A model generated the notes under the pieces. It did no database searches and was not told where the DNA came from. It saw nothing but the letters and a program-made list of their open reading frames with translations. From positions 1-64,000 of the forward strand of contig JBEWZL010000011.1 in NCBI GenBank assembly GCA_045837725.1: a DNA stretch of 64,000 nt, in the 5' to 3' direction. The stretch's first letter is position 1. Each line of letters begins with the position of its first letter. Positions 1 to 9,007 of this stretch are shown piece by piece. Source of the DNA: Vermamoeba vermiformis (lineage: Eukaryota). The position numbers and the translations under genes were made by a program.

Positions 1-20
1 CGAAAAGAAAATAGCACACT
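1..20 (+). pseudogene. Protein kinase gene, portion upstream of the transposon insertion (runs off the window's left edge)
   Basis: Bases 2-20 read GAA AAG AAA ATA GCA CAC T (EKKIAH). Joined to 8310 onward they restore the catalytic loop IAHCDVKYSNVV in frame. Confidence 0.85.
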
Positions 21-38
21 CACTACCGAATGTAAAAC
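21..38 (+). repeat. Left terminal inverted repeat
   Basis: CACTACCGAATGTAAAAC versus the reverse complement of 8290-8307, CACTACCAAAAGTTGAAC (14/18 identical). Confidence 0.9.
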
Positions 39-41
39 CGC

Positions 42-126
42 AAATCACACCCGTGATTTTTTCCACAAATCACAGAGTATCTCTTGTGATGGAAACTATT
101 CTCACCGGGATGGAACTCACGGTGGG
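42..126. repeat. Left subterminal palindromic repeats (ATCAC/GTGAT core)
   Basis: AAATCAC-accc-GTGATTT (42-59); ATCACAGAG-tat-CTCtTGTGAT (69-90); weaker TCACCG...CGGTG (102-124). Confidence 0.8.
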
Positions 127-358
127 ATTTTGGTTTGCGGGGAATGAGTCATGAAACACAACGGCAGTTGTACCGATATCCGATGCATGCGTTGTTGATT
201 AGGAGCAGAACACACATTTGTATTGCAAGAATGATAAAAGTCTTTATTGAATAACAAGACAAATAGCATTTACATGTACCTAAAACAAAAAACAATATGC
301 AGTGTGCACTCAGCAGCGAAACAAAAAACTGGCAGTAATGCATTTCTAATTGTATCTA

Positions 359-2631
359 TTAATCTTCTGCTACGGACAACTTGTCTGCAGTTTCATCTTC
401 ATCGTTATCGCTGTCTGCGGGAGCTGATCTCTAAGAACTGTCAGTAGTGATTTGATAGATGATGCGTCGCTTACAGGGTAGGTTCGGTCAACTTTTCTTT
501 TCTTACGTGGAGGTTCGTCCAACTAGTTAAATCATTAACAACAATTGATATCAAGATTCGCAGTGAGTTAGGATACTTACAGGGTTTTTCATTCTGTCCA
601 AGATCAATTCCTTAATCTGGATTATAGTTAAATTAGTTAGTTTGGCGAATATTTAACTTACGACTGTTTTGGCTAACTTTTTGTCTTCCGGAGTAGGATT
701 TGTTTTGGTCCACTGACCAATTCGTAGTATTCGATCTACGTGGTCGGAAATATCAGCCTCTTCAATTGTAGGATTTTCTTTAAAGTATTCATTAACGGCA
801 ATAGCAGTGTTATCGACGAAAGTTTTATATAAAGTGCAGCGTAGGTATTCCTTGGACTTAAATAAAGTAGTTAAAACTAAGTAAAAAAGTTAGTCATACT
901 CACTTTGTCAACTGCAACTTTGAAGACAGCTTGATTTTCTTCATTGTCGGGGTCTAACGCAAGAGCTTCAGCAATAATCTCGGTTATCTTTCCAACGTTC
1001 ATGTATTGTTGAGTTGATCGATTTTCCGTGTGTGACTTGTGTGTTTTTGTTGGTGTCGTTCATGTTTTCCTTTGAGCTTAAATGGTTGGCTAGGCTAATA
1101 TTATTCCTGGGTTTAAGCGCTACTTCGTAACGAGGGCGCTTATTCCTTGGCTGCGTTTCGGCATTGTCATCTTCATCATTGCTATCGCTATCCGAAATTT
1201 GTCGTTTACGTGGCAATTTTTTGTGCGTTGACTGTGAGTTTTCGTCGTTTTGGTCGTCGACGAGGGCTAAATCTTCATCGTTGTCTTTGGAGCCGTTCAT
1301 GATACTTTGGAGCTTGTCAAACACGTTTTTGGAAAAGTCATTATTGACGTGCAAGTTTGAAACTTCCTGCTGTTTTGTCTTTAGATGATCGGCTGAAGTA
1401 GGTTGCCGAATGTTTTCAATGGCAGTACGATCGATTTTGGTTTTGTAAATATCACTAAACAGTGTTAATTCATCGAATTTAAAGCTGTGGTGTTAGCAGT
1501 ACATACGTCACTTTTCGCCTCAAATTTTCCAATTCTGCATCAGCGATGGCTGCAATTGTAAGGTGTGCATTCTTGTCGATGTTAGAAAACTGGCGCTTTA
1601 GGCTGTCGATCGTCGCCTTTATCTCACGTTCAAGACTAATTAGCTTATCAGGATTGTCAACATTCGTAATAGAATGAACGCAAAAACTCTCGGAGAAGAC
1701 CTGCATAGTTGGTGGTATCAGCTTCTCCAGCTGCTTGAGACAATCCTTGATTCCGTCGGTAAAGTGGTTCTTCCAAAGTAACACTACCTTTCGGAAGTAA
1801 TCTATTGCAAATTCATTAATTTAGTTTAAATTGCATCAAAATTAAAGTAACGCAAATTACCTTTACTGGTCGTAACAGCGCCGCACTGACTTTTGAGGCA
1901 GCTGTACGCTTCCTCTGTGACCGCTTTTTTGTTAATATTTTTGCCTCTGGTAATTGAAAGTTAGTACGTGGGTAAAAATGACTAAGTTAGTACTTTGGAA
2001 TCAACGAGCAATAAAGCTCTGCTAGTTCGGTGAAGGAAAAGTAGTCGACTAGCTTATTTGCCGTCGCACAAGCGACGACCACCTGAAGCAAATTAGAACA
2101 ACGCAAGATTGGTTTAATTTAATTCACATACTTTCTTGAGCAACGGCCGGATGTTTTCAACGCTTCCTGGCTGAGTTAGCACGATTGCTCCCCATTGGGT
2201 GATGCCAAGAGCCTTGGCAGCATGGACCCGCTTAAATCCATCGACGACACAGTATGTATTACGATGGAGCTGGTCGGACAGCTCCTTGCGTTGTTCGTCG
2301 TCGGGTCTCAAGCAAAAATTAGTTCGGTAAAAGTTGGTAGACGTTCACTTACTCCCATACAAGTAACGTAGAATGCTCCAAAATGCCATTTTGGAGGTGT
2401 GTGACCATCATTTTCAAGCTTTGTTCATTGACGGACTTGACGGGCCCGAGCAGATCAATTGTTGCAACGTCGTTTAACTGGACTTGAACATATTTTGTTT
2501 TAAAATTAAGTTGTCTAAAAATTAATACGTTATTTAAGGGCAGCACAATTAAATACAACTTACTCGCAGTATTTTTTCTGCTGATCTATTGTTTGTTTTT
2601 TTGAGGACGTGCCCTTTTTTTTTGCAGACAT
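359..2631 (-). CDS. Transposon cargo gene 1: ParB/Sulfiredoxin-like N-terminal domain, helical region and low-complexity basic/acidic tail (multi-exon)
   Basis: Spliced start MSAKKKGTSSKKQTIDQQKKYCE|QLNFKTKY. SVNEQSLKMMVTHLQNGILEHSTLLVW...YCVVDGFKRVHAAKALGITQWGAIVL matches the ParB N-terminal pattern. NLS-like PRKRQ and PRKKRK. 3' exons are approximate. Confidence 0.75.
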
Positions 2632-2685
2632 TGGTGGAGCTCAACGGTTATTGAATTAAAAATAAACAGCGAATGACGCGAACCG

Positions 2686-2780
2686 CGCGTGTCAAAAATA
2701 TCGAATGAAATTTCCCGTTAAGTCCGCTGCGTTGAATCAGGCTTAACTGCGGGAGATTTCCCTTCGTTATTTGACACGCG
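2686..2780. promoter_or_regulatory. Inverted-repeat bidirectional promoter candidate between the two cargo genes
   Basis: Arm 2686-2722 CGCGTGTCAAAAATATCGAATGAAATTTCCCGTTAAG resembles the reverse complement of 2742-2780, CGCGTGTCAAATAACGAAGGGAAATCTCCCGCAGTTAAG. It lies between ATGs at 2631 (-) and 2818 (+). Confidence 0.6.
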
Positions 2781-2817
2781 TTCTACTTTGAATATTTATT
2801 GCAACGTAAACACCACA

Positions 2818-5355
2818 ATGGACAAACAAATACACTCCGACGACGTTTATGAAAGCATCATTGAGGCCCAAATTAAACGAGGCAAGTTGACACATCTACA
2901 AATCGATTATTACATTATAAGATTAAACTAATTATAACTAATAACACTACGTTAATATTCATAAATATAGCAGTATTTATTAATTAATACTGTGCTGTGC
3001 TCGTATTATTATTTTAAAATAAAGAACGGAAACTAATCTGTATTTTCGCTGCGTTAGTGTCTAAAAACGGCAAAAGAATGGACGACATGATAAAATATTT
3101 TATTGAGGCCTCCAAACAACCGCTGAATGAAACGTTAAAGAGTACGTTGTAGATCGCAGCAATTATTTGACATCTAATATTTTTCATTTTTAAAGGAAAT
3201 GATATTATACGGGTTAGGCAATTTGAATGGCGAGCTGAGCAGTTTTTGCGCGTACGGCAAAACTTCTGGTTGGATGACGTTATAGTAAATTCCCTTGCCA
3301 CGTAAGTTTTTGCCAGATCGCGCGTACTTTGAAATAGTATTAATTTAAAATACAGGTTGTTTGTAGAGAAAGCAAACGTAAACGATAAAGTCATTGACTC
3401 TATTTTCTTGGAGGCCAACGAGTCGCGACAGCTTGTGGAGCTTCGTAATTATCGCTTCGTATACGCACCGTTATTTGACCGTACTATCTCCCATTTTCAA
3501 TTGCTTATTATCGACGCAAAGCGCAATTCTGCAATATTTTTGGATCCGAATCCACAACAAAAGAAAGGTATGTTCTTAAACAATTGTTAAAAAGTGCGTA
3601 GTATACTCATTATTGTAGGCACGAAGGCAACGCTGAATGCTCTGAAATCAAAGCTGGAGCGTGCTATTCCTGAGTTGTCTGCAGTCGCCAACTTCTCTGT
3701 CGTGTATCCACAGGCAACGCAGCAAAACGCGTTCGACTGTGGGTTGTATGTACTATCGTACATATACGAACAATGCAATACAACGGCTACCGTGAACAAA
3801 TTTTCAACTTGCTTAACGTGACAGCAATTGCTCGATTTGGTTCTTTCGTGCGTCTCAGAGGTAAGCAATCGGTACGAACATTGAATAAACATTTATTCTA
3901 ACGCAAAGTAGGGTGACAAATCTCGAGTGGAGCGCACGTTCAAAAAATTCGACGAGTCTAATTCAAAATTAATATTGGGCATCAGTACGGCGCATGAGCT
4001 TAGAGCGTTACAAATCAGCGAAGGTACGTATAGTTTTCACAAACAGCGCTTATTTATATATAAAATTAGATGAGTTGCTGCGCTACCTTGAAAAGTTAAG
4101 CAAACTTATTCCGCAGTACGTTCCGAACGAGCCCTCAGCGAGCTTGTGCGACACGATTGCGCATTTACACGATAAATACATGTACAATTATTCTTATGCT
4201 TTCATTTAATAAAGTCAACGTGGCTGACTACGAACGGCCTGTTCTACACAGTCACCTTACACTCGTTCGCGATGCAGCGCAGCACCTCCAGCCTTACATT
4301 TGGAATTTACTAATGGATCCAGCAACGGAATGGTGGTTACCGTTGCATGCTTTTAACGGTGGAAATGCCATGCCAAAGATCTACTGCGCGTTCTCGAAGG
4401 ATGTTGACTCATTACGACACTATGTACCTCATAGTACTCGCGGAGGAAGGCCTCTTTTGGCTTACCGTGCGCAATCAATTGATCAATTTACATTGAAAGC
4501 AGAATTCGACAAGCTCCTAAACCGATACGGATTTGCTTCTTGGAATTACGTTACAATTGTCCTTTACTCGGGAAGCAACTCAGGGATTAGTGCGCACCGA
4601 GATCGTCACCAACTACTTGGCTATGGCGAAGCCGAAGAACAAATAGCGTCGTTCATTTTTGGAGACGAAAGGTAATCACATGCTTAATACATAATTTCAA
4701 TACTCACACAAATTTTAGGACATTGACCATAATTGCTGGACAACGCGAGGTTTCCATTAATAATCCGTCGGGTTGCATGTACCTAATGCAAGGCATTCAA
4801 AAGTACTCACAGCACAAGAAAGACGGCGATACTGGAACTAGTGTTAGCGTCATTTTTAGGCAATTACTTCCTTACGCCGGGAATCAAAGCCAAGCAGACG
4901 CTCTGAACGTTCGCGTTAACGTTCCGTGGTCTGATTTGCAGTCGACACCTCAAAGTTGGAGGCCAACTGCGATAGACTTGCATCAGGACATTCCGATGAA
5001 GACTGCGTGGTTTAATCGACTGCACTTCAACTTAAGTGGCAGACACAAAGCCGATAGACAGGCCGTTTTCAGTCAACGCAACAAGATAATTAGCGTTCTA
5101 TCTACGTCACCAAGCAACATCGTTGACGACAATGCACAGCGGATTCTTTTCTATCTACCAACTTCTCACCCAAAAGCCAATGCGTTTGTCAAAACGAACA
5201 AGCTCAGAATCAGTTTTAGGGTGTATTGCAAGACGTTCTATTTTGCGGACATGCCCAAAAATGCGTACCTCTACTGCGGCGAGTATTATATCTCACACAA
5301 GATTAGACGCTGCAACAAATGCTTCTATTTACTAATTAGGAAAACAGCAACGTAA
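2818..5355 (+). CDS. Transposon cargo gene 2: Ulp1/C48 protease + AlkB-type 2OG-Fe(II) dioxygenase + SRA-like domain; in-frame TGA at 3819-3821 in this copy
   Basis: Ulp1: WLDDVIVN, SHFQLLIID, FLDP, QQNAFDCGLYV. AlkB: NYVTIVLY...ISAHRD...IASFIFGDER...SGCMYLMQG..QKYSQH...SVSVIFR. SRA-like: WFNR..SGRH...IISVLS...DD...N.F..T...FRVY...YLYCGEYYI. Junction near 4170-4214 is not canonical. Confidence 0.7.
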
Positions 5356-5465
5356 CCGCATTTTCGACGAAAACTACGGAACAAAGTTTGACCGGAATTG
5401 TGCCAGGATTTTGCGTGTTATCTGCATTACTTTTACCGTTCAATTTAATAAACCACAATTGTACA

Positions 5466-8102
5466 ATGAAAGTCAAATGGACCTGTACTTTGTGCGATAA
5501 GACACTCCTCGCACGTAACCGAAGTCGACACCTACTGGGCAAGAAGCACCTGCGAAAAGCTGCTGAATTGAACGACAACGAAAAAGATATAACCCCAATA
5601 TCGGTAACAGGTGCATATTTGCAATACTGCTATTCATTAAATGATAAAATTGTATTTTTTAATTAATTTTTCTGATTCGAATTTAACTTAATCTTCTCAG
5701 CCAAAGACGATGAGATACTACTGGAGGAGGAGAGTCCGCACACGGCAATCGATACGGTCCAGCAAACTACTAGCACTGATAATTCACCTGAATTGACTAT
5801 TGCAATGCTGATCCATCTGTATTGCACGCAGAAAAATGTCTCTCTTGCAAACGAGAAAACTCTGTTCAACATTCTATCGCTACCTCAATTCCATGCACTT
5901 GATGTTCCAACATTTGCAAGCTTTCAAAAGCAAGTTAAGGCAATGCTTCAAATTATCCAATACGATACGATAACGACGCGCTTCAAGCATCCGAAGCAAA
6001 AGAATTACAAGCCACAAGATGCGTTCAAGCTGGGCCCAATTTGCGAAGTTCCTGTCTACAATGTACTTCAACACTTGGAGCTCTTCCTTCGGGATCCACA
6101 ATTCAGTGCTAGCATCGTTACGCACTCCAATTATAACGGAACAACGTTCTCTACATTTGATACTGGAAAGTACTTTCACGACTTGTGCCTTTCTCTACCC
6201 GTTGGAACAATTCCTATCTGCCGTAAGCATGAACGAAACTATTCCAAATAGCAAAATTATCTAACCATTCGCAGTTGATTTATACTGGGATGACACAGGA
6301 ATTTCCAGCAAAAAGAAGTGCGGGCCAATATGGATTGGCATAGCCAATTGCAAACCAGACGTAAAGCGTTCAACCCAATCTCGAATGTTGCTATCAATTG
6401 TCCCTGGCAATGCTGATATCAACGTTGTTCTTTCAAATTTCGTAGAGCAACTGTCTAAACTCCGAGTGCAGCAATTCTACTTTGGCTGCTTTAACTGCTT
6501 CCTTACGTGCCATATCACTCTTTCTTTGGTACTAGGAGACGCTCCTGCTAGTAACGGCGTTATCGGACTCCGTGCACCAACTTGTTCAAATCCTTGCCGC
6601 TTGTGTTTGGTACCACTTCAAGAATTGAAGCAGATACCTGTCATTGATTTGACCATTAATACCGTGGACGATGTTACTTGGAAACTACGACGAGTTGATA
6701 AGCACATAGAGCTAGTATCTGACGTGCACAACAAACATAGACACGGCACAATGGAAGCACAAGAAAAACGATTAAAGGATGTTGGCGTATGCTTTTATTT
6801 GGTAAGTTCAATGCCCGATAAGCTACGGTTATTCATTTGTTGTTCAGAGTCCGCTATGCAAGATGCCTAATTTTGACATTTTTGCTCAATCGCCGTACTG
6901 CTTGTTGCACAATGAGTTTCTTGGTAAGTATTCTAAGTAGCAAAATACGAACTAATTACCTTAGGATTGATACCATTCCATATTGATTGCACCCTAGCAT
7001 TGCTGTCTCTGAGCGACATCGAAATTGTCAACGATAGAATCGTCAGTTTTCCCAACCTTCCCAATTTACCTTCTTTAAATGCCGATATAGAAGAGCGCAA
7101 GGGATGGGAAGGCAAAGCATATACTGCCTTTTACAAAATGGCATTATTTGTCTTTCGGAAACTTTTGTCGAACAAGGCAATGCTTTGCTGGTGAGTGTTA
7201 CTGCAACTGTTGCAATGTGGTTAATTATGAGTTTTAGGCGTGCCCACTGCCGCTTTATTAGATACCTAATGAAGCCATCAATTTCAAACGATAAAATTGA
7301 AAACATGATGGCAAGTTATTGGCAGTGGAAGCGTTTGTTCATCGAACTGTACCAAGCCCATGCTGACGCACAACCAAAAGCAGCTAACAAAAAAGCAATG
7401 ACTTTTATTAATTTACACGTTGGCGAACACTGGGCGTACTATATAAAACAATACGGAATGCCAGCAGAGTACTCGACGCAACATTGGGAGTTGCTCCATC
7501 AACAAGTAAAAAGAAAAGAGAAGAAATCCAATCATCAATTCCCAGCACATGACATCGCCAAGCAGATAATCGAACAGAAAGTGCTTCAGTATCGCTTTGG
7601 TTCTATTGACGTATGTTTAACATTCTAATAACTTTCCGCTAAACTTTTGCAGGATATATGCAAGAGTCAAAGCAAAATAACCCGATTAGTGGTCAACGAA
7701 TGTGTCCTACTTAACGTCAGCAGAAAACAAATACCGGACCATCTCAAATCACTTATTACAGACAATTTGGTGAACAAACAACTTCCCCTACACTACAAGC
7801 AGTACAAGTCAGTAGTCTTTGGCGGTAGCAGATTTTCGCATGGGGACAACTTTAGCTTTAAGATTGACGGCGAAAAAAAGTTTGCCCAAATTCTTACCAT
7901 AATCAACGTTGACTCATACACGGCATTTGTCGCTCAAGAATACAACTTCATGACACCAACTATCGATGTCAATCAAACGGAATATTACTGCGTTTACCAA
8001 ACTGACTCCTACATCGTAATGGATGTTACCGGAGCTCGCAAAGAGCAACTCCTCTACTGCGATGACTTGGATTGTTTCCTTGTCAATTTTTATTATCAAT
8101 AA
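5466..8102 (+). CDS. CACTA/CMC (Transposase_21/Plavaka-like) DDE transposase with N-terminal C2H2 zinc finger, 5 introns
   Basis: CTLC...RHLLGKKH finger; FDTGKYF; LYWDDTG (D1); LGDAPAS...PCRLC (D2); CLLHNEFLG; NLHVGEH..YIKQYG....STQHWELLH (E). All five GT-AG junctions keep the frame. Confidence 0.88.
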
Positions 8103-8204
8103 ATTTTACTATTATTAAAAATTAATTGTGCTATTGGTACTCAAACAATCAGATACCACTGTACATGAGGTTGTGTTTTGCTCTACATACGGTGCTATCT
8201 AGCT

Positions 8205-8290
8205 GTGATATGTATCACGCCGAGGAATTAATCACTAGTGATCACTCCTTGTGATCCATGCGTGATTTGAATCTCGGAGATATTCCCGAG
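8205..8290. repeat. Right subterminal palindromic repeats
   Basis: GTGATA-tg-TATCAC (8205-8218); ATCACTAGTGAT (8231-8242); ATCAC-tcctt-GTGAT (8241-8255); GTGATTTG (8262-8269); CTCGG...CCGAG (8273-8290). Confidence 0.8.
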
Positions 8291-8307
8291 TTCAACTTTT
8301 GGTAGTG
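8290..8307 (-). repeat. Right terminal inverted repeat
   Basis: GTTCAACTTTTGGTAGTG, followed by the CT target duplication. Confidence 0.9.
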
Positions 8308-8309
8308 CT

Positions 8310-8849
8310 GTGATGTCAAATACTCAAATGTAGTATTTGGTGAGGAAGGCACTTATCTCATTGACTTTGATCTGGCATTGGAGAATCCAGGTAAGGCAGA
8401 GGCTTGGCTGAAAGTAATTTGAGATGAGCTAACAATATATTCATGAATAGGCAGGAATCAAGGAACTTTTGGTTACAGTGCACCAGAAACAAAACAGCGT
8501 GGAGAATTATCGTACAAAAGTGATATTTATTCATTTGGCATCTTTTTATTTGAGCTGGCAAGAAGATGTGAACTTTACGACATGGATGAACAATTCTACA
8601 ATATTGATGAACTGAAAATGGCTCGCAATATTCGAATTGCCATAAAAAAGTATGCACTTGCTATTAATTAATTTATTTATTTGTTTAACCTCTTTTGGTA
8701 GACTTGCCTTCAGATCGCCATGGCATGCAGAAATAGTGGCGTTGATTGAAAAGTGCATGAATGAGGATCCGAACTTGCGGCCCAGTGCCAAAGAGCTCTT
8801 GGCTGAGCCATTCTTGGCCCTCAACAATCAGAAAGCCAGACTTCACTAA
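8310..8849 (+). pseudogene. C-terminal lobe of a Ser/Thr protein kinase interrupted by the transposon (3 exons)
   Basis: (HC)DVKYSNVVF...LIDFDLA | GTFGYSAPE...[14 protein letters not shown] | LIEKCMNEDPNLRPSAKELL, i.e. subdomains VIb-XI. Confidence 0.88.
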
Positions 8850-9007
8850 GTTGAGCACCTTATATATATAAATCCTATCATTCCCTCAGCATGCACAATT
8901 TTTTTGCGGATGGGATCGAAGTTTAAAATAATAAACGTCATTCAACGCTACATCTTTTTGGCTGTTCAATTGTATTAACATATTTTTACACGTGCATGTA
9001 AGCCTCA

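Larger units (their letters stand above)
21..8307. mobile_element. Full-length CACTA/CMC-superfamily DNA transposon (~8.3 kb) with three genes
   Basis: Termini CACTACC...GGTAGTG, imperfect TIR (14/18), CT duplication at 19-20 and 8308-8309, subterminal palindromes, CMC-type DDE transposase. Removing the element plus one CT restores the host ORF. Confidence 0.93.

Noticed and set aside
42-126. Palindromic repeats as a CRISPR-like array
   Set aside because: No constant repeat-spacer periodicity; eukaryotic context; explained as transposon subterminal repeats.
3819-3821. TGA as selenocysteine or an alternative genetic code
   Set aside because: It is not at the catalytic Cys, Arg fits the position, and TAA, TAG and TGA all end host genes in this window.
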